Virus record (IMG/VR): IMGVR_UViG_3300016471_000568 | Length of the DNA: 64,000 bases | Reading direction: 5' to 3' (one strand) | Source of the DNA: an uncultured virus (IMG/VR IMGVR_UViG_3300016471_000568) | Lineage: Duplodnaviria; Heunggongvirae; Uroviricota; Caudoviricetes | Part shown: piece by piece, positions 30,000 to 38,408 of the stretch | How positions within the stretch are numbered: position 1 is the first letter of the stretch | Layout: each line of letters begins with the position of its first letter | Notes under the pieces: model-generated | What the model was told of the DNA's origin: nothing | Seen by the model: only the letters and a program-made list of their open reading frames with translations | Database searches by the model: none | Program-made: the position numbers and the translations under genes

Positions 30000-30464
30000 A
30001 TGGCAAAATTTCAATCAACGAAATTATTTGACGGTTATTCAACATGTTTTCGTCAATGGCGCGCAGATGATACGCATTGTAAATATTTACATGGATATGC
30101 TGTATCTTTTAGGGTGTGGTTTGAAGGTGATTTAGATCATCGCAACTGGGTATTTGATTTTGGTGGTATGAAACGTGCAAAAACTCAAATTGAAGGTATG
30201 TCTCCAAAAGACTATTTTGCATATTTATTAGATCACACTACAATCATAGCACAAGATGATCCATATTTATTTACTTTTCAAGAATTGCACGATTGCGGAG
30301 TAATCCAATTGCGTATTTTACCTGCTACGGGTTGTGAAAGATTTGCAGAATTCCTATACGACACAATCAATACTTTTTTAGAAAAAGAAACTGACGGTAG
30401 AGTTAGAGCCATTAAAGTAGAAGTTTATGAACACGAAAGAAATGCAGCAAGTTATGAAGAATAA
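30000..30464 (+). CDS. queD: 6-carboxy-5,6,7,8-tetrahydropterin synthase
   Basis: CKYLHGY, WVFDFG, LDH, GCERFAE, EVYEH.RN.A; directly after folE. Confidence 0.88.
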   Translation: MAKFQSTKLFDGYSTCFRQWRADDTHCKYLHGYAVSFRVWFEGDLDHRNWVFDFGGMKRAKTQIEGMSPKDYFAYLLDHTTIIAQDDPYLFTFQELHDCGVIQLRILPATGCERFAEFLYDTINTFLEKETDGRVRAIKVEVYEHERNAASYEE

Positions 30465-30825
30465 TGAAGAAACATATCTATCACTTTTTGAATATTTAGG
30501 TAAAGGTTCCGGTGGATCGAACATTGGCCGAGAAGTAACAGCTGAAGCTGTCAAACAAGGTATTGAGCTTAAATGGAAAATGTTACCTAAAGATATGCAG
30601 AAACCTGAATATACTCAAGTGCAATTGTATCCGTTATCATTTCTAGATGAATACTTTGCAACTAAAGCAGAAGTTGATGCAACACCGATAGTAAGACGAT
30701 CGGCTTTAATAGAAATTGAATCTAGATTAAACAAACTAGAAACTCAAATCAACGAATTAATAAAAAAATTAGATAATAATGTTACCAATAGTAATGAGTA
30801 CCACGATGATGACCTCCCATTCTAA
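30454..30825 (+). CDS. Hypothetical protein ending in an SSB-like acidic tail (DDDLPF)
   Basis: SLFEYLGK...G.EV...A and LYP.SFL.EYF N-terminal domain, coiled coil, C-terminal HDDDLPF; ATG at 30454. Confidence 0.65.
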   Translation: MKNNEETYLSLFEYLGKGSGGSNIGREVTAEAVKQGIELKWKMLPKDMQKPEYTQVQLYPLSFLDEYFATKAEVDATPIVRRSALIEIESRLNKLETQINELIKKLDNNVTNSNEYHDDDLPF

Positions 30826-31591
30826 AAGAATCACAGACTACGATAAAACGTTACCAATTGTTGAATTGTATAGATGCATTCAATCAGAAGGAAGCCGATT
30901 TGGTAGACCTACAATAGCAGTACGAACTACGGGATGCACGCATCGATGCTTTTTTGGCGAAGGTGGTTGGTGTGATAGCTGGTACACAAGTATACATCCG
31001 GAAAAAGGAACATTTTGTTTCAATGACATTATCAAGATATATGATAAAAATCCTCATATCAAAGAAATGATGCTAACTGGTGGATCGCCGACGATGCATC
31101 CGGCATTGGTAAATGAATTAACGCATTTTGCACATGAAAGAAACATTCTTATTACGATTGAGACAGAAGGATCTCATTTTATCGCCACTGATTATCCTAT
31201 TGGCTTGGTTAGTCTTAGCCCTAAGTTTAGTAACAGTGTTCCCGTTGTGGGTGTTGCTACGCCGCAAGGGGCGATTACGGATGAGAAGATGGTGGCGCAA
31301 CACGAAAAATTTCGTCTTAACAAAGATGCAATCAAACAAATGATAGAATTTCATACGGATTATCATTATAAACCAGTATGGGATGGCACTCAAGAAAATT
31401 TACAAGAAATTGAAACGTTTCGCATAGAAATGAATATTCCTAAAGACAAAACATACATTATGCCTGCAGGCGATACCCGAGAAGAATTAATTCATATGTA
31501 TCCGGTGGTATTTGATATGTGTGCTGAACATGGATATAACATGACAGGAAGAGACCACATAATTGCTTTCAACACGCAACGCGGTGTGTAA
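30806..31591 (+). CDS. queE: 7-carboxy-7-deazaguanine synthase (radical SAM)
   Basis: IQSEG, R.TGCTHRC.......CDS, LTGGSP, IETEGS, SLSPK; cysteine spacing CX3CX7C. Start could be 30806 or 30809. Confidence 0.9.
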   Translation: MMTSHSKRITDYDKTLPIVELYRCIQSEGSRFGRPTIAVRTTGCTHRCFFGEGGWCDSWYTSIHPEKGTFCFNDIIKIYDKNPHIKEMMLTGGSPTMHPALVNELTHFAHERNILITIETEGSHFIATDYPIGLVSLSPKFSNSVPVVGVATPQGAITDEKMVAQHEKFRLNKDAIKQMIEFHTDYHYKPVWDGTQENLQEIETFRIEMNIPKDKTYIMPAGDTREELIHMYPVVFDMCAEHGYNMTGRDHIIAFNTQRGV

Positions 31592-31648
31592 ACTGCATAT
31601 GATACTGAAAAAAGAATATAATATGCATATTTATAATAAAGTATCGTT

Positions 31649-32344
31649 ATGACATATGTACGAACAGAAAAAGTAGGACCGAGATATAAATTTATACATG
31701 GCAGAACTTGCGATGTATGTAATTCATATTTTGAAACAGTTAAAGGAAATAAAAATACAATAATTGCTAAAAATAATTGGTGTAGTGCCGAATGTAGGAA
31801 AAAATATTTTGAACAAACATCATATAAAACATTAGAATGTAAATTTTGTAATAATGTAGTAACTGTATATAATTCAAATACCTATAAATTTTGTAGTCAT
31901 ATATGTTATTCACAATATATGAAATTATATCCGTCGGAATTTGGATTGATTAGAGATTCATATAACATGCATCGATATTCAAACACACCAGAATCGATTG
32001 CAAAAGGTATACAAACAAAAAAAGAAAAAGGATTGATTCAGCAATGGATTGATGAACGAAATATTGAATGGAAAAAGTATTGGAAAGTATGTAATTATCA
32101 TACAAGAAAGATGCGTAAAATATTATTAGAAACATGGGACGGATATGATTATATTGATGGCGAATACATAAAAGATAATTTATCATTACATTATTCAGAT
32201 AAAAATTATCCTAGTTTAGATCATATTAAACCTCGTAGTAAATGTTTTGAAGAAAGCTTAACTGTTAGAGAATGTTGTGACCCATCTAATTTAGCTTGGA
32301 CTAAAAGAATAAATAATAGTAGAAAATATAATAAAGGAGTATGA
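31649..32344 (+). mobile_element. Free-standing HNH homing endonuclease with N-terminal Cys zinc-finger repeats
   Basis: Two CxxC...CS..C modules, then SLDHIKP...NL......N.RK.NK HNH-like core; very AT-rich; own late-type motif at 31627. Confidence 0.7.
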
Positions 32345-32403
32345 TGTATTACACAACAACAACTATTGGCGATATTAAAATTGTATACGAGATAACACGA
32401 TGA
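32341..32403 (+). CDS. 20-aa micro-ORF bridging the HNH and thioredoxin genes
   Basis: MMYYTTTTIGDIKIVYEITR*; ATGA overlaps at both ends; AAAGGAG upstream. Confidence 0.5.
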   Translation: MMYYTTTTIGDIKIVYEITR

Positions 32404-32645
32404 AAAAAATACTTTATTTTACAGCATCTTGGTGCGAACCATGTAAAGCATTGCGGCCACGTATAGAACGATTATCTGCAGAACTTCCCATACAAATTAT
32501 CGATGTAGATGCAAACAAAGCAACGTGCAATAAGTATGGAGTTAAAAGTGTTCCGTGTGTAATCATTACGATGAATGATTATGGAATAGGGCGCATCGTT
32601 GGAAACAACATCACGGAAACGGCAATTAGAAAAATGTTTAATTAA
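32400..32645 (+). CDS. trxA: Thioredoxin
   Basis: FTASWCEPCK, IDVD, GVKSVP. Confidence 0.9.
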   Translation: MKKILYFTASWCEPCKALRPRIERLSAELPIQIIDVDANKATCNKYGVKSVPCVIITMNDYGIGRIVGNNITETAIRKMFN

Positions 32646-32660
32646 AAAAAGGAATAAGTT

Positions 32661-32957
32661 ATGAATTGGTTACCAACCGGAGATCAGGTTTTATTAAAAT
32701 TACAAGAAAAAACAGACAAAACATCAAGTGGCCTTATTATCATGACAGGCACAGATGATTATCGGTATGCCGATGTAGTAAAAACAGGACCAGGTTTATT
32801 TACACAAACTGGCGATAGAATTCCAATGACAGTTCAAGAAGGCGATGAAATTATGATTCATTCCAATCAAATTGGAGATCACAAAGAAGTTTCAATTGCC
32901 GGAGAAAAATATCAATTAGTAAGAGAATCAGAAATTGCATTAATTAAACAAGCATGA
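32661..32957 (+). CDS. groES: Co-chaperonin GroES (Cpn10)
   Basis: P.GD.VLL, KTSSGLII, V.TGPG, PMTVQEGD, LVRESEI. Confidence 0.9.
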   Translation: MNWLPTGDQVLLKLQEKTDKTSSGLIIMTGTDDYRYADVVKTGPGLFTQTGDRIPMTVQEGDEIMIHSNQIGDHKEVSIAGEKYQLVRESEIALIKQA

Positions 32958-33175
32958 TAGAAATTTTAGGATGGATTAGTACGGCTTTGGTATTAGCTGG
33001 ATACTTTTCAAATGCAAAAGGCTGGACAAAAACCGCAATGATTACTTGGATCATTGGAGATACCGGATGGATTACATATGATTTTTTCATTGATAATTAC
33101 AGTCATTTGGTTTTGAGTTTAGTTATTATTGCAATCAACGTTTACGGAATTTATAGAATATGGAAAAAATCATAA
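32954..33175 (+). CDS. Small 3-TM membrane protein (PnuC/SemiSWEET-half-like)
   Basis: Three hydrophobic segments; LGW, W...D..W..Y, IN.YGIY.W pattern. Confidence 0.5.
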   Translation: MIEILGWISTALVLAGYFSNAKGWTKTAMITWIIGDTGWITYDFFIDNYSHLVLSLVIIAINVYGIYRIWKKS

Positions 33176-33666
33176 CACAAAAACAAATACAACAACGTGT
33201 TAAAGAATTAGCAAAATCAATTTCACGAGATCATATTGAGTCAGGAAACATTATGCCACCAGTATTAATTTGCGTACTTAATGGCGCTGTGCATTTCTTT
33301 TCAGATTTAAGCAGATCTATGCCAATCGATCATGAAATTGATTTTGCAGGCCTACAATCATATCAAGGTCGAGATAATTCTGGAGGAATTTCAATAACTA
33401 AAACAATTGATTTGGAACTTCGTGGTAAAAGAGTCTATATTATAGATGATATATGTGACTCTGGTGCTAGCATCATGGAAATGTTGTTCATGGTAAATAG
33501 TAGAATTCCAGAATGCGTAAAAGTTGTCACATTGTTAAAACGACGCAACGGAGTAGACCTAACTAACTTTCATGGATTTGAAATTGATGATGAATGGATA
33601 GTTGGTTACGGATTAGATGATAATGGATTAAAACGAGAATTACAAGACATATACAAGGTCAATTAA
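33160..33666 (+). CDS. hpt: Hypoxanthine/guanine phosphoribosyltransferase
   Basis: CVLNGA..F..DL.R, SY, PRPP loop IIDDICDSGAS, W.VGYGLD...R.L. Confidence 0.88.
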   Translation: MEKIITQKQIQQRVKELAKSISRDHIESGNIMPPVLICVLNGAVHFFSDLSRSMPIDHEIDFAGLQSYQGRDNSGGISITKTIDLELRGKRVYIIDDICDSGASIMEMLFMVNSRIPECVKVVTLLKRRNGVDLTNFHGFEIDDEWIVGYGLDDNGLKRELQDIYKVN

Positions 33667-36182
33667 TGTATCAGGCAATAGGTTACGACAAAAAGAATGG
33701 CATTATGCACATATGGGATGATGAATTGGGACATCAAAAATTTCCATTCAAACCATATGCATATTTGCCAGATGATTCAGGACAACATCAATCTTTAGAT
33801 GGAACTCGTTTATCTCGAGTAGATGGCAATTGGAAAGATAATGCGTCTGCATATGAATCAGATTTAAATGAAGAAATGCGTACGCTTATTGACCTTTACT
33901 ACGAAAGCGATTTAGTTTCCAAAGGACATCGAGACTTTTTTTTCGATATCGAAGTAGAACGGGACGAAGATGGTTATTCGACTCCTGATGAAGCTCGTTC
34001 ACGAATAACGTCCATTGCATATTATGATAAAGCTGGGCGTACCATGAAAGTTTTGTTGTTAGACGAATCAAGAAGAGTAAAACACGATGCATTTTCTACT
34101 AATAAATATGATGTAGAAATATTTGATTCTGAAGCAACAATGCTTATGCGATTTATCAATGCATTTGCAGAAATACAACCCACCGTAATTACAGGCTGGA
34201 ATACGGATAATTTCGATATTCCATATCTTGTTAATCGCATCAAAAAAGTATTAGGAGTACAAGCAATTAAAAAATTATCTCCTGCAGGTATCGTTGAATG
34301 GAACAAAAATCGAGACCGTTACAAAATATTTGGTGTATCTAGTTTAGATTACCTAACATTGTACAAAAAGTTTACATATACCGAGTTACCAAATTATCGT
34401 TTAGATACTGTTGCAAAAAAAGAATTAGGCAGAGGTAAAATTGAATATGATGGTGATTTGGATCAATTGTTTGCAACAGACATTCACAAGTTTGTTGAAT
34501 ATAACGTAACAGACGTTGAACTCATTTATGAAATGGATGAAAAACTGCAACTAATTGCACTTGCACGAACCATATGTCATAAAGGGCATGTTCCGTATGA
34601 AGATGTATATTATGCATCTAAATACTTGGATGGTGCAGCAATTGTAGATTTAAAACGCAATGGATTAGTTGCTCCTAACAAACAATTTCGTTTTGTTGAA
34701 GAAGAATCAGAAGCCGATGCACTTGCAGGAGCATATGTAAAGGATCCGGTACCGGGATTGTATAAATGGATTTATGATTTGGATTTGACGTCACTGTATC
34801 CAAGCATCATCATGAGTTTGAACATTTCTCCAGAAACTAAAATTGGTGTTATTTCAAATTGGAATCAAGAATGCTTATTGAAAGATGAAGCACAACAAGC
34901 AAAGTTTGTTGATGGCACATATGTACAAAATGTTAAAACGTGGCTGCAAGATACACAACATGTTGTTGCAAGTAACGGTGCAGTGTATCGTACGGACATC
35001 AAAGGTTTCTTACCGACGATTCTTGAAAAATGGTTTGATGAACGTGTTACATACAAAGACAAACGAGATGAATATGCAGTTGGAACAGAAGAATATAAAT
35101 TTTATGATGCATTGCAATTAACACAAAAAGTATTGCTTAATTCATTTTATGGAGTATTGGGACTTAAAACGTTTCGCTTTCATGATTTGGATAATGCAGG
35201 TGCAATTACCGCTACTGGTCAAAGCGTGATTAAATTTTCAGCAAAGGTAATTAACAATCATTATGCAAAAGAAACAGGACAAGATCATTTTGTTAATGCA
35301 ACCAATGGTAAAGCAGAATTTGCTTTTTATACAGATACGGATTCAACATTTGTTTCTAGTTTACCACTTATTGCAAAACGGTTTCCAGGATTTGATGAAT
35401 CAGATGAACAATTCATGATTGACCAAACCAATGCAATTGCATCGGAAATACAAAAGTTAGTAAACACAATGTATGACCGGTATGCCGAAGTATTTCACAA
35501 TACCAAATCACATCGTTGGCAAATCAAACAAGAATATGTTGCAAAGTCCGGTTTATGGATTGCTAAAAAGAGATATGCACAATGGGTTATTTTTAAAGAA
35601 GGTAAACCTACAGATAAACTTGATATCAAAGGATTAGATGTTGTAAGGTCATCATTTCCGGAAGATTTCAAAAAAATTATGAAAGAAACATTGTGGAACA
35701 TTCTTAAAGAAAAAGACAAAACCGAAACTACGGATATGATTCATAAATTTAAATCTGGATTAAAATCATCTCCAGTACTCAATGTAATGAAAAATTCCGG
35801 AGTCAAAGAAATATCAAAATTTACAAAAGGTCGCAAAACATTTACGGGATATGAAAAAGGTACTCCAGCACACGTTAAAGCCGCAATCAATTTCAATGAT
35901 TTATTGTCAATGCATGGAATTCGAGATATTCAACCTATTCAAAATGGTGAAAAGGTAAAATGGGCATATTTGTCAGATAATCCATATGGATTTGATACAA
36001 TGGCATTGCGAGGATATGAAGATCCATCACAAATTGTTGATTTTGTTACTCAATACATTGACCGCAATAAAATCTTTGAAAAAGAATTAAAAAATAAACT
36101 TGATGATTTTTATGCTGCAATGAATTGGGGTGCATTTCCAGAAAATAATTCGGTAGCACGTTTCTTTTCATTTGGAAAATAA
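33666..36182 (+). CDS. polB: Family B DNA polymerase with 3'-5' exonuclease
   Basis: FDIE, GWN...FDIPY, YN..D, DLTSLYPS, K..LNS.YG, YTDTDS, KKRY. Confidence 0.97.
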   Translation: MYQAIGYDKKNGIMHIWDDELGHQKFPFKPYAYLPDDSGQHQSLDGTRLSRVDGNWKDNASAYESDLNEEMRTLIDLYYESDLVSKGHRDFFFDIEVERDEDGYSTPDEARSRITSIAYYDKAGRTMKVLLLDESRRVKHDAFSTNKYDVEIFDSEATMLMRFINAFAEIQPTVITGWNTDNFDIPYLVNRIKKVLGVQAIKKLSPAGIVEWNKNRDRYKIFGVSSLDYLTLYKKFTYTELPNYRLDTVAKKELGRGKIEYDGDLDQLFATDIHKFVEYNVTDVELIYEMDEKLQLIALARTICHKGHVPYEDVYYASKYLDGAAIVDLKRNGLVAPNKQFRFVEEESEADALAGAYVKDPVPGLYKWIYDLDLTSLYPSIIMSLNISPETKIGVISNWNQECLLKDEAQQAKFVDGTYVQNVKTWLQDTQHVVASNGAVYRTDIKGFLPTILEKWFDERVTYKDKRDEYAVGTEEYKFYDALQLTQKVLLNSFYGVLGLKTFRFHDLDNAGAITATGQSVIKFSAKVINNHYAKETGQDHFVNATNGKAEFAFYTDTDSTFVSSLPLIAKRFPGFDESDEQFMIDQTNAIASEIQKLVNTMYDRYAEVFHNTKSHRWQIKQEYVAKSGLWIAKKRYAQWVIFKEGKPTDKLDIKGLDVVRSSFPEDFKKIMKETLWNILKEKDKTETTDMIHKFKSGLKSSPVLNVMKNSGVKEISKFTKGRKTFTGYEKGTPAHVKAAINFNDLLSMHGIRDIQPIQNGEKVKWAYLSDNPYGFDTMALRGYEDPSQIVDFVTQYIDRNKIFEKELKNKLDDFYAAMNWGAFPENNSVARFFSFGK

Positions 36183-36200
36183 GAATAAATTCATTATAAT
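36172..36200 (+). promoter_or_regulatory. Putative early/middle promoter TTGGAA-N17-TATAAT driving the deazaguanine operon (representative copy)
   Basis: Same architecture with an exact 17-bp spacer at 8648, 19784, 22636, 25710, 29254, 42811, 43786 and 53915. Confidence 0.75.
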
Positions 36201-36205
36201 AAGTT

Positions 36206-36628
36206 ATGATTGGTTATAAAACGCATTGGTATGGTAAAGAAGTTGAAGGACGCTTTACGGATATCGAAACATTGTTTATTGCAGATGTCAAAGCAATGTA
36301 TAAAAAATTAACACCTTGTGCACACATTTATTTTTGTTCTCCAGCAACGGAACAATTAATTAAAAATCAATCATGGGATTCAGTATTTGCAATGATAACA
36401 GATACTACATTTGTTACAATTGAAGTTACTCCTGGTATGTTAAAACATGTACCACCTATGATTAGAATTAGAGCACACGTTTTATTGATGTTAGATTGTG
36501 AAGATGCTGCATTGTTAAAACAAACAGATAGCATCAAAGTTGTATATGCAGATTATTCTTTATATTGCACAACAGTTCACAATATGCAACAAGTTACACC
36601 CGATATGTATAAATTTGATAGACAATGA
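36206..36628 (+). CDS. Hypothetical protein, first gene of the deazaguanine-modification operon
   Basis: WYGKEVEGR...ETLFI, HIYF; leaderless start after promoter 36172-36200. Confidence 0.65.
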   Translation: MIGYKTHWYGKEVEGRFTDIETLFIADVKAMYKKLTPCAHIYFCSPATEQLIKNQSWDSVFAMITDTTFVTIEVTPGMLKHVPPMIRIRAHVLLMLDCEDAALLKQTDSIKVVYADYSLYCTTVHNMQQVTPDMYKFDRQ

Positions 36629-37056
36629 AGATAGGACTTATTGCCGGTAGCTTCGATGTATTACATCCAGGCTACATTGAAATGTTTGAACAAATGGAAA
36701 ATGAATGCGATCAGATATGGGTATTGCTCCAAACCGATCCAACAATTGAACGTCCCGAAAAAATGAAACCAGTTCTTTCAGTTAAAGATCGAGCATCGAT
36801 GTTGATTGCATTGCGACACGTTAATCATGTTATTACATATACATTGGAATCAGAATTGCATTATAAATTAAAGCAGTTTGCTGAAAACAAATCCGCCGAA
36901 TATGTTCGTTATTTAGGTGATGATTACATCGGAAAGAAATTTACGGGCGATGATTTAGATCTTCCAATTCAATACTTAAGCAGAGACCATGGTTGGTCAA
37001 CAACTAAATATAAAAAATTAATAGCAGATGAAGTACAGCGTAGTAGTAACATTTAG
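36625..37056 (+). CDS. Cytidylyltransferase-like (TagD/RfaE family) nucleotidyltransferase
   Basis: GSFDVLHPGY (HxGH variant), K.KPV.S...R, GDDY, R.HGWSTT. Confidence 0.85.
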   Translation: MKIGLIAGSFDVLHPGYIEMFEQMENECDQIWVLLQTDPTIERPEKMKPVLSVKDRASMLIALRHVNHVITYTLESELHYKLKQFAENKSAEYVRYLGDDYIGKKFTGDDLDLPIQYLSRDHGWSTTKYKKLIADEVQRSSNI

Positions 37057-37378
37057 TATCGAAGGGTTTCATTGTTGGCCTGCAGCTAAAGATGTTTTTC
37101 CAGAAGTAGCATTTTTATCAGATAGACATCGTCATATGTTTGGATTCCGTTGTTATGCACGAGTAACGCATACAGATCGTGATGAAGAATTTATTTTGTT
37201 GAATCGCAAAATACAAAAAGCGTTGCGAATTTGTTTTACTGGATCAGAAACCAATGTATTGGAATTTGATTCAATGTCGTGCGAGGCAATTGGAGAATGG
37301 TTACTAGAACAATTTCCAACTCTTTACAAAGTAGAAGTTTGGGAAGATTGGGAAAATGGTTGCGTTATTGAAAGATAA
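37028..37378 (+). CDS. dpdL: QueD-like T-fold protein, DpdL-like (predicted CDG decarboxylase)
   Basis: EGFH.W, LSDRHRHMF (LxxxHRHxF signature as I recall it for DpdL), DR..EF, SCE, V.ED.ENG; second T-fold protein besides QueD. Confidence 0.75.
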   Translation: MKYSVVVTFSIEGFHCWPAAKDVFPEVAFLSDRHRHMFGFRCYARVTHTDRDEEFILLNRKIQKALRICFTGSETNVLEFDSMSCEAIGEWLLEQFPTLYKVEVWEDWENGCVIER

Positions 37379-37379
37379 T

Positions 37380-38408
37380 ATGAAAATATATTTAGTAGAC
37401 ATAGAATCAGTTCCAACTCGTTATACTTGCGAATGGAAAACACATGTACCGCAATTGCTTCAAGATAATGGATTTGATGTTGAGGTAGTTGAGGGTGATA
37501 CCACAATACCAGAAGCTGCAACACTAGGTGCCTTTTTAAATTTCGGTGGCACTAATATGTACAAATCAACACAAGTGCATCGATTAGCAGAATTATTTAC
37601 GAACGGAACAATACAAGCAGGAGATCATATTATTTTTACAGATGCTTGGCATCCAGGTATTATCAATGTAAAATACATGAGTGAACTTTTAAATATTCCT
37701 GTTGTAACGCACGGACTTTGGCACGCGGGTTCATATGACCCAAATGATTTTTTAGGTCGACTCGTAGGAGATAAACCATGGATACGACACGCTGAACAAG
37801 CCATGATTGCAGCATATGATCGCAATTGGATTGCAACGTCGGCACATTTCAAATTAATGAATCAAACATATGATATTTTTCATAATTCATCGTTTGATAA
37901 AACAGGTTGGCCTATGGAATATACTAAATCAATGATTGCCCCAAAAGCTTGGGATAAAAAAGAAAATATCATTGTGTTTCCACATCGCATTGCTCCAGAG
38001 AAACGTTTAGATTTGTTTCAAGAATTAGCAGCTCGTCCAGAATTGGCACATTATCAATTTTGTGTTGCTATGAAAATGAATTTGACAAAAACAGAATATC
38101 ATGTGTTGCTTCAACGTGCCAGATTTGCAGTGTCATTTGCAGATCAAGAAACATTGGGTATTTCAATGTATGAATCAGCTTGTGCCGGAGCATGCCCATT
38201 GGTACCAAATCGTTTATCATATTCGGAAATGTATGATCCAATGTTTAAACAAGCTAATTCGGTTGATATGGCAGTTACGGCAATTTTGGAATACGAACAA
38301 AAAAACATATCTGAAAATATAGCACAATTGGTGGAAAAGTTGCACAATAACTTTTTTTCAGCAAAACGATTAATTAACAAACTAAAGGAATACGATGGCA
38401 GAAAATAA
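37380..38408 (+). CDS. GT-B glycosyltransferase inside the deazaguanine operon
   Basis: E....RYT..W, DAWHP, HAGSYDP.D, FPHR.APEK, ETLGI..YE, P.RLSY.EMY; ATG at 37380. Confidence 0.8.
   Translation: MKIYLVDIESVPTRYTCEWKTHVPQLLQDNGFDVEVVEGDTTIPEAATLGAFLNFGGTNMYKSTQVHRLAELFTNGTIQAGDHIIFTDAWHPGIINVKYMSELLNIPVVTHGLWHAGSYDPNDFLGRLVGDKPWIRHAEQAMIAAYDRNWIATSAHFKLMNQTYDIFHNSSFDKTGWPMEYTKSMIAPKAWDKKENIIVFPHRIAPEKRLDLFQELAARPELAHYQFCVAMKMNLTKTEYHVLLQRARFAVSFADQETLGISMYESACAGACPLVPNRLSYSEMYDPMFKQANSVDMAVTAILEYEQKNISENIAQLVEKLHNNFFSAKRLINKLKEYDGRK

Noticed and set aside
23504..36182. Inteins or introns in RecA, helicase, NrdJ or PolB
   Set aside because: ORFs are uninterrupted, of normal length, and lack intein splice motifs.
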